A stretch of DNA of 64,000 bases from Planctomycetaceae bacterium (GTDB lineage: Bacteria > Planctomycetota > Planctomycetia > Pirellulales > Pirellulaceae). The notes beneath the pieces are model-generated. The model was not told where the DNA came from. It worked only from the letters and a program-made list of their open reading frames with translations, and did no database searches. Below are positions 1 through 10,282 of this stretch, piece by piece (within the stretch, counting starts at the first letter, position 1; the number at the start of each line of letters is the position of its first letter). A program made the translations under genes and the position numbers. The stretch is taken from positions 1 through 64,000 of the forward strand of contig JACKHN010000020.1 in assembly GCA_020638975.1 (NCBI GenBank). The letters run 5' to 3'.

Positions 1-225
1 TCGTCGGTCAAGATGACGACGATGTTTGGTTTGTTGGCAGCGCAGATTCCTTCTGGCAGCAACGAGTGCGTGCCCGCGTATAACGCGAGGAAACTGCAAA
101 CGACAAAAGCGGAAGGTGTCGTACACTTCGGCATTTGGATCGGCTCCGTTATTCAGTAGCTTGACTCTCTGAGTCAAGCCTGTGTAGACAACGATGCTCG
201 ACTCGGAGAGTCAAGCTACATGCAA

Positions 226-1371
226 CTATCGTGAATCGGGAACAAGCAGCGTCGACAAGACTTGAGCGTAGACACGATGCCCGAAATCATTGGGATGATT
301 GACGCCATTGCCGGTCAAATCCCAGTCGTGCTTGCGTTTAAGAAACTCCGTCCAGATGCCGGTCATGTCAGCCAAGGCGATGCCCGGCTGGCAGAGGCTG
401 GCGAGCGCATCACGATATTGCGGAAAGACTTCGTGCTTCAAGCGAATCCAATCGCGATTCCCCAACATCGAAGCGATCAATATGAATTCAGCATCGGGAA
501 GCGTTTCGCGAATGTTGTCGATCATCGCTTGTGTGTTGGCTTTATACTCGTCGGCAGACCTCCCCGCAGAATCGTTCATTCCAAAAGCAAGGATTACCAA
601 ATTCGGCTCGTGCTCGACAACCTTGTCGACCATCGTCAGCCCCCAAGGCGTCGACGTCCCGCCCACGGACAGGTTCGTTAAAGTGACTTTGCTTTCGTAG
701 CTGGCCTCCAAGTGTTCACGCAGCAATTCGGGATAAGCTGGCTGAAAGGGGATGCCCTCGGCCCAGCCCGAGGCGTTGCAACCCGTCGAAATGCTGTCGC
801 CCAGCAACACGATCGACAACGCCTCTTTCCGCCGCAGTCGCTCGATTGCGTGAGGCAATGCGGCCGCATCAAACTCTGGCGTGTCGCCGCTCCATTCTTC
901 GGCGGGATGTCGGTAAGTGATGCAGGTTTGCATCTCGTGGTACTCGAGCTTCGCACCAAAGAAGATCTCACCGTTTCCGTCGCGGTGAGTGAGCTCGTAC
1001 TTTTGCGACTTCGCGGGTCGTCTCAGATCTTGCGGTACCTTCGAGACGATGCGTGAACCTACCGGCAAGACGATCTCACATGAACCCGCTCGCCACACGT
1101 AATCGCGCCCTTCCTCGTACGTCTCATCGCCCGCCGAATTGCAGACCGTCAACACTTGTGTAATCGGGAACAGCACCGACGCCCTCCCCTCCCCCGTCGT
1201 CTCGTCGCGAATGAACAGAACCGACTCGCCTTCGACCGTGTCGCCTTGCCAGAAAGGTCGCAGGAGAGCGGGCCGATACACCCAATCGCGCTGCGTCGGC
1301 TCTTCGGCAACGCAATGTTGCAACCACATTGCGCAGATGATGATTGTGAAAAGATAGCGGTAGCAATTCAT
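226..1371 (-). CDS. Secreted SGNH/GDSL-family hydrolase (lipase/esterase-like)
   Basis: The C-terminal half carries a GDS(I) block (LLGDSISTG) and the SGNH signatures GMNDS and NHPNDFGH. I moved the start to the MNCYRYLFTIIICAMWLQHCVA signal peptide (cat at 1369-1371). The track ORF extends to 1884 but that extra part overlaps the aquaporin gene and has no support. Confidence 0.6.
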   Translation of the reverse strand: MNCYRYLFTIIICAMWLQHCVAEEPTQRDWVYRPALLRPFWQGDTVEGESVLFIRDETTGEGRASVLFPITQVLTVCNSAGDETYEEGRDYVWRAGSCEIVLPVGSRIVSKVPQDLRRPAKSQKYELTHRDGNGEIFFGAKLEYHEMQTCITYRHPAEEWSGDTPEFDAAALPHAIERLRRKEALSIVLLGDSISTGCNASGWAEGIPFQPAYPELLREHLEASYESKVTLTNLSVGGTSTPWGLTMVDKVVEHEPNLVILAFGMNDSAGRSADEYKANTQAMIDNIRETLPDAEFILIASMLGNRDWIRLKHEVFPQYRDALASLCQPGIALADMTGIWTEFLKRKHDWDLTGNGVNHPNDFGHRVYAQVLSTLLVPDSR

Positions 1372-1563
1372 GGTGTAGTCTCTGGGCACTCGACGGACTT
1401 CCTTGCCAGACGAATGTACTTGACTCAGGCCGGAATATCCAGCATGTGGCGTTGTCACGATCTTCGCGAAGCCTCGTTGCGACGGGGACTTGGACTGTGT
1501 TATTGTCATCCGTCTCGTGTGACGAGATTTGAGATTTGTCGGCAGACCTTCAAGGATAATTCC

Positions 1564-2319
1564 ATGCATGCTTATTTGGCCGAGTTCATTGGGACCGCGA
1601 TTCTGATCCTGCTTGGAAATGGTGTGGTGGCCAACGTTGTGCTGCGCGACACGAAAGGCAACGACGCGGGCTGGATCGTAATCTGTGCGGGATGGGGATT
1701 TGCTGTCTTCACCGCAGTCCTGTGCGTTGGCCAATTCAGCGGCGCGCATCTCAATCCCGCAGTCACGGTTGGGCTCGCCGGGGCCGGGAAATTCGAGTGG
1801 GAGTTGGTCGCCGGTTATCTGTCGGCCCAGATGGCCGGTGCAATTACTGGTGCGATCCTTGTCTATCTCTTCTACAAGCCGCACTACGACGTCACCAAAG
1901 ACGAGAGCGCCAAACTTGCGACCTTCTGCACCGGACCTAATATTCGCACGTTGCCGTTTAACTTTTTTAGTGAAATGATCGCTACGTTCGTGCTTGTGTA
2001 TGCAGTTCTACTGATGGTCGATCCTTCGTTCGCGATTGAGTTCGCTGGCGCGAAAGCCGAAGTGCCGGTCGGTCTAGGGTCGATCGGGGCGTTGCCTGTT
2101 GGCTTAATCGTCTTCGCGATCGGTCTGTCCCTGGGAGGCACAACGGGCTATGCGATCAATCCCGCGCGAGATCTCGGCCCGCGAATCGCACACTGGATTC
2201 TTCCCATCAAAAATAAAGGAGCCAGCGACTGGGGCTATGCAGCGATTCCTGTCCTGGGACCGCTCGCTGGCGGAATCCTGGCAGCGCTGCTCTTTCTATC
2301 TCACTCGGCGGCGAGTTAG
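1564..2319 (+). CDS. MIP-family aquaporin / aquaglyceroporin (GlpF-like)
   Basis: Two NPA boxes (NPAVTVG and NPARDLGPR) and six predicted TM helices. The start is the first ATG after the upstream TTG-extended ORF (MHAYLAEFIGT...). Confidence 0.85.
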   Translation: MHAYLAEFIGTAILILLGNGVVANVVLRDTKGNDAGWIVICAGWGFAVFTAVLCVGQFSGAHLNPAVTVGLAGAGKFEWELVAGYLSAQMAGAITGAILVYLFYKPHYDVTKDESAKLATFCTGPNIRTLPFNFFSEMIATFVLVYAVLLMVDPSFAIEFAGAKAEVPVGLGSIGALPVGLIVFAIGLSLGGTTGYAINPARDLGPRIAHWILPIKNKGASDWGYAAIPVLGPLAGGILAALLFLSHSAAS

Positions 2320-2372
2320 TGTGCTTTCGATTGCTGTCGGCTGACTTTGAAAGCGATCAACGTCGACGAAAC

Positions 2373-3452
2373 CTATTCGCCGAGTTCGTCGAACACCGCT
2401 TTCATCAGCAGCGGCCAGACGACGGTCGCGTCGGCGTAAACTTCTGCATAGCGGCCGCCTTCGATGGGCGGTACAAACTTACCCCAGCTAACACCCTCCG
2501 AATACGTGCAGCCGGATAAGCCGCCCCAATGAACGGGCTCGGGGCAGATGCGAACGCCGTATTTGAAGCGTGGTGCCGACAGCTTTGCACCAAGGCGCGC
2601 GTTGGTGATGTCGTAATAGGGACCAACTTGCTGCGACCAATTGCGTGGCACTCCGCCACCGATCGTAATGATGCCCAGTTCTTCCGCCTTGCCGATGAAT
2701 CGGGCGTACTGTTGCAAGTCGAGGAATGGATTGAAGGCCGGAACGGTTTGAAAAATCTCTTCCGGCGCGAGCGATGCTGCGTCGGTACCTTCGGCTCGCA
2801 GAGCACATGCCATCGCCCACGTGGAAACGTCGAGCCCCATCTCGCTGTCGGTGAAGGCTGGAATAAAGACAGGCACATTCTGTTCGAAGGCACTGCGTAA
2901 GATGCCGGGGCCTTCGGCAAGTTGATTCAACTTCTGCCCCAAGGCATGGCAAAGCCGTGCGGAGGACCAGACACCTCCTTCGGGCTTGTGTTCATTGAGC
3001 ACAGCCCGTACGAGCCGCTCGACGTCATTCAAATTGGCTTCCATCTCGAGCGTGTCGTAGATGCGGTTGTAGCCCTGTTCGAAGAGGTCTTCATCGGACT
3101 TGGTGGGGTCATAGCGATAGTGGGCCAAGCCTATCGACTCGGTCAGCCCGTGCGCGATTAAGGCTCCCGTGGCCACGATCGCGTGGACAATGCCTTGATC
3201 GATCATGTCACAGACGAGTCGTCCTTGTTTCGCGACCGTCATCGCGCCCGACAGCGTCAAGACGACTTTACAGGACTCTTTGCGAGTCATTTCGACCAGA
3301 ATGTCGAACGCTTCGCCAAGCTGCCGCCCGCCGAACGCGGTCTTCGACATCGCTCGCAGCAATTGAGGAAACGAAGTGACTTCGCGAATGGAGAGGCTTT
3401 CCAAGGGGACAAGGCCGTCATTCTCGCCGTTGTGTAATGCTCGTTGATTCAT
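2373..3452 (-). CDS. Deoxyhypusine synthase-like protein (DHS / homospermidine synthase family)
   Basis: The C-terminus EGVSWGKF...YADATVVWPLL matches the eukaryotic DHS motif SWGKI...YADASLVFPLL. A GGGVPRNW glycine-rich NAD site is present. Start trimmed to MNQRALH (cat at 3450-3452). Confidence 0.75.
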   Translation of the reverse strand: MNQRALHNGENDGLVPLESLSIREVTSFPQLLRAMSKTAFGGRQLGEAFDILVEMTRKESCKVVLTLSGAMTVAKQGRLVCDMIDQGIVHAIVATGALIAHGLTESIGLAHYRYDPTKSDEDLFEQGYNRIYDTLEMEANLNDVERLVRAVLNEHKPEGGVWSSARLCHALGQKLNQLAEGPGILRSAFEQNVPVFIPAFTDSEMGLDVSTWAMACALRAEGTDAASLAPEEIFQTVPAFNPFLDLQQYARFIGKAEELGIITIGGGVPRNWSQQVGPYYDITNARLGAKLSAPRFKYGVRICPEPVHWGGLSGCTYSEGVSWGKFVPPIEGGRYAEVYADATVVWPLLMKAVFDELGE

Positions 3453-3502
3453 GGGGTTCTGATCGTGTTCGTGTTTGAGGGTATCTCTGTTGCACGCCGG
3501 AT

Positions 3503-3560
3503 GTAGGACGGACGCCTCGTCCGTCCTCTTGGTCATGGACGGACGGGGCGTCCGTCCTAC
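3503..3560. repeat. REP-like tandem palindromes (GTAGGACGGACG...CGTCCGTCCTAC)
   Basis: Two adjacent perfect palindromes, aggacggacgcctcgtccgtcct and ggacggacggggcgtccgtcc, sit inside outer complementary ends gtaggacggacg/cgtccgtcctac. They lie between the DHS start and the DUF72 gene, and the same motif family recurs at 16608-16678. Confidence 0.7.
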
Positions 3561-3716
3561 GTCGTTGTTTGCTCGACGCGGCTGACGAATTGAGTCGGAG
3601 TATACCGTTTGCTGGATCGTATACAAAGGACTTGTTGTGCGACGGAAACGCGACTGCAACAATCAGCGTTAGCTCACCCAACAAAGAACGATACGGATTA
3701 ACTCGGAACGCGTGGC

Positions 3717-4604
3717 ATGTCGACCGATACCCCGAACTACTATCTGGGCTGCCCCGTCTGGGCCTGCGAAAAATGGAAGGGCAGTCTGTTCACTTCCGCC
3801 GCACCCCACCACAGTTGGCTGTCGCAGTATGCCAGTGTCTTCAACACGGTCGAAGGGAATAGCACGTTCTATGGCCTACCGTCGCTCGATACGATCCGGC
3901 GCTGGGCCGAGTCCGTTCCGGCTGGATTTCGCTTCGCGCTGAAGTTCCCGAAGGCGATCAGTCACGACAAGCGATTGCTGAACGCCGGCACCGAAACTCG
4001 CGAGTTCTTACAAGTTCTGGAAGTGTTGCACGATGCCGGTTGCCTGGGCCCTTCGTTCCTGCAGTTGCCGCATGGTTTCTCGCCGCATCACCTCGCCGAT
4101 CTGGAAACTTACCTGCGAGAACTGCCTCGCGAGTTGCCTTACGCCGTGGAAGTCCGGCATCGCGAATTCTTTGACGAAGCGGCGCATGAGTCAGCGCTCG
4201 ATGACTTATTGACCGAGTTGCACATTGATCGTGTGATCTTCGACAGCCGAGCGTTATTCAGCGCTCCGCCAAGTGATTCTTTTGAAGTCGAGTCGCAGCA
4301 CCGCAAGCCAAATCTTCCGGTACACCAATCGATCACGTGGCGACATCCGATACTCCGGTTCGTCGGACGTAATGAACTCGAGCGGAACTTGCCTTGGATT
4401 CATGAGTGGTCGCTGAAGATTGCCAATTGGATGAAGGCTGGTTTGCATCCGCTCGTCTTTACGCACTGCCCCGACGAGCGATTTGCTCCCCAATTCGCTC
4501 GCATGTTTCATGAAGAGCTGAAACTGCACGTCGATGTCGCAGACTTACCGCCATGGCCTGGGGAAACGGAAATCCATCCTCCGAAACAGATGGAATTATT
4601 CTGA
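3717..4604 (+). CDS. DUF72 (YecE/UPF0759) family protein
   Basis: N-terminus YYLGCPVWACEKWKGSLF...YASVFNTVEGNSTFY fits the DUF72 signature (IGTSGW...W.G.FYP...FNTVE.N.TFY). Confidence 0.7.
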   Translation: MSTDTPNYYLGCPVWACEKWKGSLFTSAAPHHSWLSQYASVFNTVEGNSTFYGLPSLDTIRRWAESVPAGFRFALKFPKAISHDKRLLNAGTETREFLQVLEVLHDAGCLGPSFLQLPHGFSPHHLADLETYLRELPRELPYAVEVRHREFFDEAAHESALDDLLTELHIDRVIFDSRALFSAPPSDSFEVESQHRKPNLPVHQSITWRHPILRFVGRNELERNLPWIHEWSLKIANWMKAGLHPLVFTHCPDERFAPQFARMFHEELKLHVDVADLPPWPGETEIHPPKQMELF

Positions 4605-4671
4605 GGCTGTTTTCACGGCAATTGATGCGAAGTTCACGACCGCAAAAAGGTTGTGCCCGAGTGGTCTTTGA

Positions 4672-7047
4672 ATGAAACTTGTAGGACAAGCAATTCAATC
4701 CTCTCACTTCGCAATCGAGCCCCCACTGATGATCCGCATCTTGTTGAACACAGCCATTTGCATTGTTATGGCCGGCTCCGTCGTTGGCATCGCGGCGGAG
4801 CCACGCATCGACCACTTCCGCCAGCTTGATGACGTTTGGCCGACGCCGAATGACATTCGCCGACCATCGGGTGCTCCTGGCAAGGACTATTGGCAGCAGA
4901 AAGTCGACTATACGATCAACGTCACGATTGATGACGAGCGGCAAATCGTTACAGGGTCGGAGAAGATCACCTACCACAACAACTCGCCGGATGAACTGTC
5001 AGTGCTGTGGCTTCAGTTGGATCAGAATCGCTATGAACTCGATTCGGATGATTGGTTGTCGACGACTGCTTCCGATCTCAAACAACTGTCGTACGACGGG
5101 CTGCGAACGATTCTGTCTCGACAACAGTTCGATGGTGGATTCAAGATCTCGAAAGTCGTCGACGAGAAAGGCCAACCGCTGGAGCACAGCATCGTCCACA
5201 CGATGATGCGAGTGCATCTTACCAAGCCGCTCAATCCGAGCAAATCCACAACGTTTTCGATCGATTGGCGTTTCAAGATCCCGGATGCCAAAGCGATGAA
5301 AGTGCGTGGAGGCTTCGAGTTTTTTGAAAAGGACGGCAACTACGTCTACAACATTGCTCAATGGTATCCACGTTTGTGTGCGTATACCGATTACTGCGGC
5401 TGGCAGAATCGACAGACATTGGAAGCCGAGTTCGCATTGGAATTCGGTGACTTTAATGTCAGCATCACGGTGCCCAACGATCACATCGTCGCCTCGACGG
5501 GCGAACTGCAAAATCCGGACGATGTTCTTTCCGCGGAACAACGCAAGCGATTGGCCAGAGCTGCCAAGTCCGACACGCCGGTCTATATCGTGACTGAGGA
5601 GGAGGCGAAGAAGAACGAGTCGTCGAAGCCGACCGGCACGAGAACGTGGCAGTTCGCGGCGAAGAACGTACGCGACTTTGCCTTTGCATCGTCGCGAAAG
5701 TTCTTGTGGGATGCACAAGGTGTCGAATTGGGCGGCAAGACGGTGATGGCGATGTCCTACTGGCCTAAAGAAGGCCAGCCGCTGTGGGGGCAATACTCGA
5801 CGGCAGCGGTCGCGCACACGATCCGCACTTATTCGCGATTCACTTTCGACTATCCCTATCCCGTCATCATTTCCGTGAATGGACCGATTCCAGGGATGGA
5901 ATATCCGATGATTACGTTTCAGGATCCACGTCCGGAAGACGACGGCACGTACAGCGAGCGAACCAAGCATGGATTGATCAGCGTTATCATCCACGAAGTT
6001 GGGCACAGTTGGTTTCCGATGATCGTGAATTCGGACGAGCGGAGTTGGCGTTGGATGGATGAAGGTCTGAACTCGTTTGTGCAGTTCCTGGCCGAACAGG
6101 AGTGGGAAGAGTCTTACCCCAGCCGTTCGATTCGCCCGGATAGCAAGAAGAGCATGCAAGAGTATCTGCAGCGCACGGACATTCGTCCGATTATGTCCAA
6201 TGCTGACAACCTGATCTCAGGCGGGCACAATGCCTATGGGAAACCGACCTTGGCGTTGACGATCTTGCGCGAGTCGATTCTGGGGCGCGAACAGTTCGAT
6301 TACGCGTTTAAGGAGTATGCGAACCGTTGGAGATTCAAACGACCAACTCCCTTTGACTTCTTCCGCACGATGGAAGAGTCGTCGGGCCGGGATCTTGATT
6401 GGTTTTGGCGAGGCTGGTTCTATTCGATCGATCATGTTGATATCGCCATCGATCAAGTTCGCAAGTTCCGTTTGGACTCGCGTAACCCAGAGGTCGAGAA
6501 GCAACACGAGCGTGAAGAACGAGAACTTGCCACACCTTCGCTGACCGAACTACGCAATCGAGACCTTCCTAAGCGAGTCGATCAGTCCGACGAACTGAAA
6601 GACTTCTACACCGACTTCGATGACCTGATGGTGCTGCCAGCCGAGCAGAAGAGTTACCGCACACTTCTCGAAGGGTTGAAGCCGCACGAACGAGATTTAC
6701 TGCAAACGCAAGGCAATTTCTATGTTGTCGACTTCACGAATCTTGGCGGTGTCGTGATGCCGCTCGTGCTGGAGATCAAATACACCGACGATTCCAAGCA
6801 AAACGTGCGCATGCCCGCCGAAGTGTGGCGGCTGAACGGTAAACGGATCTCGAAACTGTTCTTCACGCACAAGGAGATTGCCAGTATCACGATCGATCCG
6901 TTAGACGAAACGGCGGATGGCGATCGCAACAACAACCGCTTTCCGCGATTACCGATCGAAGAGTCGTTTCAGTTGCAGAAGCCGAAGAAGACGAAGAACC
7001 CGATGCAGCAATTGAAGAAGGCAGAAAGCTCGCCGGAGGAGGAATAA
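4672..7047 (+). CDS. M1-family zinc metallopeptidase (gluzincin aminopeptidase-like), secreted
   Basis: HEVGHSWF-x18-E (HEXXH+18+E) zinc site and a GAMEN-like PGMEYP motif. An N-terminal hydrophobic signal is present. The start may instead be ATG 4729 (MIRILLNTAICIV...). Confidence 0.8.
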   Translation: MKLVGQAIQSSHFAIEPPLMIRILLNTAICIVMAGSVVGIAAEPRIDHFRQLDDVWPTPNDIRRPSGAPGKDYWQQKVDYTINVTIDDERQIVTGSEKITYHNNSPDELSVLWLQLDQNRYELDSDDWLSTTASDLKQLSYDGLRTILSRQQFDGGFKISKVVDEKGQPLEHSIVHTMMRVHLTKPLNPSKSTTFSIDWRFKIPDAKAMKVRGGFEFFEKDGNYVYNIAQWYPRLCAYTDYCGWQNRQTLEAEFALEFGDFNVSITVPNDHIVASTGELQNPDDVLSAEQRKRLARAAKSDTPVYIVTEEEAKKNESSKPTGTRTWQFAAKNVRDFAFASSRKFLWDAQGVELGGKTVMAMSYWPKEGQPLWGQYSTAAVAHTIRTYSRFTFDYPYPVIISVNGPIPGMEYPMITFQDPRPEDDGTYSERTKHGLISVIIHEVGHSWFPMIVNSDERSWRWMDEGLNSFVQFLAEQEWEESYPSRSIRPDSKKSMQEYLQRTDIRPIMSNADNLISGGHNAYGKPTLALTILRESILGREQFDYAFKEYANRWRFKRPTPFDFFRTMEESSGRDLDWFWRGWFYSIDHVDIAIDQVRKFRLDSRNPEVEKQHEREERELATPSLTELRNRDLPKRVDQSDELKDFYTDFDDLMVLPAEQKSYRTLLEGLKPHERDLLQTQGNFYVVDFTNLGGVVMPLVLEIKYTDDSKQNVRMPAEVWRLNGKRISKLFFTHKEIASITIDPLDETADGDRNNNRFPRLPIEESFQLQKPKKTKNPMQQLKKAESSPEEE

Positions 7048-7053
7048 TCGCGT

Positions 7054-8406
7054 TCACGAAACTGCGGGATCAGCGGAATCGTGGGCCGCGATGGCGGCTC
7101 GGGAAAGGCTCAATGCGATTGCTGCCAGCACGATGCACGCGACGCTGAGTACGACATAAATCAACCAAGGCAGTCGCTCCGTGAGCGGTAATGGCTCCGG
7201 TTCGAAGAGCGGATTCGCCGTTCGCATTCCCAACGCTGCACGCGTTGGTTCAGGTGTCAGTCGTTGCGGGAGATTTCTAGCAAAGTCGTAGGTTGGATCT
7301 TCTGCATCAGGATTCCCGAAGTACAGTCGGCACGACTCGGATTGTTGGGACGAAGCGATTACGACCTGACGGGCATCAGCGGCAAAGGTTACTTGTTGAA
7401 TTTGCAAAGGTGGGTTCCGGTTATCGGTCACGATCAATCGTAATCGGGCCGCTCGAGCTTCGGGGAACTCGCTGCGCAACGGCTTTGTGGGTTCGCCAGC
7501 GCGCTTCCGCCAAACACCTGTGGCAATCGTGCTGAAACCCGTACCCGAGCCTTCTGGACCGCCAGCTTCGATTTGGTAATTTCGCACGAACGCTTCATCG
7601 GCGATATGGACTTCGATACTTGATACCGGCGTCTGATCACCACCAAGCTCACACACCCAGCGCGAGCCGGGACCGCTGTCGGTGGGAATGGCTTCACGCT
7701 CGCCAACGCGGGCGTTCAAGGTCAAAGTCTCGCCCGGCACTTCCACGGTTCGCAAAACAGTCACTTCCTCGATCGTAACAGCCTGCTTGTCGACCAGTGG
7801 ATCGCGAAACAACTTGATGCGGAGATAACGATAGCGACTCAATGGGTATTCGATCGCTTGATCTCGGAGCACTTTGTCACCACGGCGAAAGTCGACCAAA
7901 GGTTGCTCGTGCAAGGGCCTCCACTGTTCACCATCGTCGCTGCCTTCGAGCGTGAAGAGTCGGCGATAGTTCTGGCCGGGCAGTTGTATCTCTAAGGCAT
8001 TATGCTCCAACTTGCCGTCACCAAGATCAAGTGTCAGCTCACTCGATTGATCGGGGCCTTCCGTACGGTTGAACTCGCGAGCCTCCAGCGGTTGTCGTTC
8101 TGATCGCTTGCTGCGAACTCGCAATGCATACGGCACTTCTTTGCCGCTGGCCGTGAAAACTCGGAGGTCGTGCAAATCGTATCGGGCCCCGTCGAATATC
8201 TCTGGTGTGAGGATCACATCCATCCACTCACTTGTAGCCTCGGCGGAGCGTTCAATCGCTGCGGTATGTTGCCAACGGATCGGCGACTCGCTGGTGGTGC
8301 TGGCAACTGGATTCTGTTGACTGAACGCGGACGTGCTCCAAAGCGACAAGCCGGCTACGCAAGTTGCCATCCAACGTATTCGTTTCGTGATTGGTTGTTC
8401 ATGCAT
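7054..8406 (-). CDS. Secreted protein with N-terminal signal and C-terminal TM anchor (DUF3999-like)
   Basis: Signal peptide MATCVAGLSLWSTSAFSQQ and C-terminal TM LIYVVLSVACIVLAAIALSL. It overlaps the upstream DUF2339-like gene by 8 nt, so translational coupling is likely. Pfam DUF3999 and DUF2339 proteins are typically neighbours, and the ~450 aa size fits. Confidence 0.5.
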   Translation of the reverse strand: MHEQPITKRIRWMATCVAGLSLWSTSAFSQQNPVASTTSESPIRWQHTAAIERSAEATSEWMDVILTPEIFDGARYDLHDLRVFTASGKEVPYALRVRSKRSERQPLEAREFNRTEGPDQSSELTLDLGDGKLEHNALEIQLPGQNYRRLFTLEGSDDGEQWRPLHEQPLVDFRRGDKVLRDQAIEYPLSRYRYLRIKLFRDPLVDKQAVTIEEVTVLRTVEVPGETLTLNARVGEREAIPTDSGPGSRWVCELGGDQTPVSSIEVHIADEAFVRNYQIEAGGPEGSGTGFSTIATGVWRKRAGEPTKPLRSEFPEARAARLRLIVTDNRNPPLQIQQVTFAADARQVVIASSQQSESCRLYFGNPDAEDPTYDFARNLPQRLTPEPTRAALGMRTANPLFEPEPLPLTERLPWLIYVVLSVACIVLAAIALSLSRAAIAAHDSADPAVS

Positions 8407-10282
8407 GGTTGTTCGCGGCCTCTTCTGTTTGTTCGGCGTTGGTTGCTGGCTTCAAGCGTTGATAGACTCGAGCCGCCACGCCCAGGAAAACGGCAAGTAT
8501 GAAGAAGGCGAGGATGCGATAGATTTCGCTTAACCCCGACATGTCCAGCAGAAGTACTTTTCCAATCGTTAATGCGAAGAAGGCAATGCCCGTCCAGCGG
8601 AGCGTTGCCCGACCGAGGCGAAATCCGACTGCCAGCAAGATCGAGGCGTAGACCGTCCAAAGAATTGAGACGGACATCATCCCAATACGTCGCCAGGAGG
8701 TCGGCTCGGCAGCCATGCGAGCAACTGCGAAAAAGAAGTTCGACAAATCAACGGTCAACACCAGCCACAGCAGCACGATCGCGCCCAGTCCGGTGGCAGC
8801 GACGAGGTAACGCGTGGTGGTATTTAGCCGATCTCGATAGACCCTTGAAGCAAAATAGGCTGTCGCGATACAAGCAACGACGCCGATCGACGGCAAGGCA
8901 ACTCGATTCACAATTGGAAGAAGCAACTCGTTCGGGTAAGACGGCAGATCAATGCAGATGACTCGTACGACGCTCGCTGCTGTGATCACTGCGGCCTGAA
9001 TGCCCAGCACCCGCGATTCGATTCGCAAGTGAAACCACCACATCGCCGCACCAGTTGCGGCCCAACCTATCGCGATCCATCGACTGTCTGCCTGAAGCGG
9101 TATTGCTAGTACAACGAAACCAACGGAAACCGCCAAAGCGGTGACCAGTTCCGGAATGACTCCAGGCCTGAAGGCCAAAAGCAACCGACCTGCCATGACG
9201 TACACCGCAGCCATTGTAACGGCCGCCGTTCCCATCCACTCGCGATAATCGTCAGCCATCAATACGTAAAATGCGCCGAACCAAAACGCGGCATTGAGCA
9301 GTGTTAGGACAATGTTCTCGCGGCGATTGCTGTCAGTCCGCTTCAAGTGGCCTGCGAAGTTCTGGATCAAGTAAAGCCCGAAGATGACGGCCTGAAATGA
9401 CAAGGCCCACGCCCACTTCTCCGGATGATAGTTTCCTTCATACCACGACCAGAACAGTCCGTGGGTACCCAAGAAAGCCACGCTGGAAATCAAGGGCCAT
9501 CTTCGTACGAGCGTCACCACGAGTACGCCAAGATTCAATGCGGCCAGATAAACGAACAGAGCGATGTAAAGATCGTGTTCGTTCGGCAACAAGAGCGGCG
9601 TCGCAAGACCGCCCAACACCGCCATCAGCGCTATCGCGCCAGAATCGTAGAGGATCGCGCACACCATCGACAACACGACGATTATCGCGAGGAAGAATCC
9701 TGCTTGCTCAGCCGGCAACAACGAATAGAAGCCGAACGAACTGTAGGCTGATAGATAGAGAACGACGACACCACAAGCGGCCAGCATCTGGGACGAGATC
9801 GCTGCCCCACGTCGATGATAACGATGACCGGCCAGCATCAAGCATGTTCCGGCGAGGACGCCTATAGCAACGCGTCCAACCGGACCGATCCAATTATTCT
9901 CATAGGCGTATTTCAAGAAGAAGGCGGCGGTGAAGATCGACAGGACGACGGCCACCCAGCCAAACGCCTTTTGTCCAATCAGCAACTCCCATTGAATCGC
10001 TGGTCGTGGTTCCTGCGAAATCGATTGCTGCACAGGCGGTTGTGCGGTTTGTGCCTCGATTACTTCTTCGGCTACCACAAAGTCATCGTCGACCGTCGGG
10101 CCTACTGCCGTCGGCAACTCGGTCGTTGCGAAACGTCGCTCCAACTCCTGAATTCGACTTTCCAAGCCCTTGATGCGACTTGTGCGTACCAATGCCACGA
10201 TTGACAGAATCAGCACCGCAACCGGCACGCATAACGCGACAGCGGCGATTAGCAGAATGAAGATTGTTTCCAAGGAACCCAT
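8399..10282 (-). CDS. Large polytopic membrane protein (DUF2339-like)
   Basis: N-terminal TM followed by a coiled-coil IKGLESRIQELERRF, then more than 12 hydrophobic helices. This architecture is typical of DUF2339. Confidence 0.65.
   Translation of the reverse strand: MGSLETIFILLIAAVALCVPVAVLILSIVALVRTSRIKGLESRIQELERRFATTELPTAVGPTVDDDFVVAEEVIEAQTAQPPVQQSISQEPRPAIQWELLIGQKAFGWVAVVLSIFTAAFFLKYAYENNWIGPVGRVAIGVLAGTCLMLAGHRYHRRGAAISSQMLAACGVVVLYLSAYSSFGFYSLLPAEQAGFFLAIIVVLSMVCAILYDSGAIALMAVLGGLATPLLLPNEHDLYIALFVYLAALNLGVLVVTLVRRWPLISSVAFLGTHGLFWSWYEGNYHPEKWAWALSFQAVIFGLYLIQNFAGHLKRTDSNRRENIVLTLLNAAFWFGAFYVLMADDYREWMGTAAVTMAAVYVMAGRLLLAFRPGVIPELVTALAVSVGFVVLAIPLQADSRWIAIGWAATGAAMWWFHLRIESRVLGIQAAVITAASVVRVICIDLPSYPNELLLPIVNRVALPSIGVVACIATAYFASRVYRDRLNTTTRYLVAATGLGAIVLLWLVLTVDLSNFFFAVARMAAEPTSWRRIGMMSVSILWTVYASILLAVGFRLGRATLRWTGIAFFALTIGKVLLLDMSGLSEIYRILAFFILAVFLGVAARVYQRLKPATNAEQTEEAANNHA

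Noticed and set aside
226-1884. 552-aa ORF on the minus strand as given by the track
   Set aside because: Its first 171 codons run antisense through the aquaporin gene (1564-2319) and have no domain signal. A proper signal peptide begins at the internal Met at 1371, so only 226-1371 is called.
2405-2952. 171-aa and 154-aa minus-strand ORFs
   Set aside because: They are alternative frames inside the deoxyhypusine synthase gene.
4999-6159. 386-aa minus-strand ORF
   Set aside because: It is antisense within the M1 metallopeptidase gene and has Arg/Leu-rich shadow-ORF composition.
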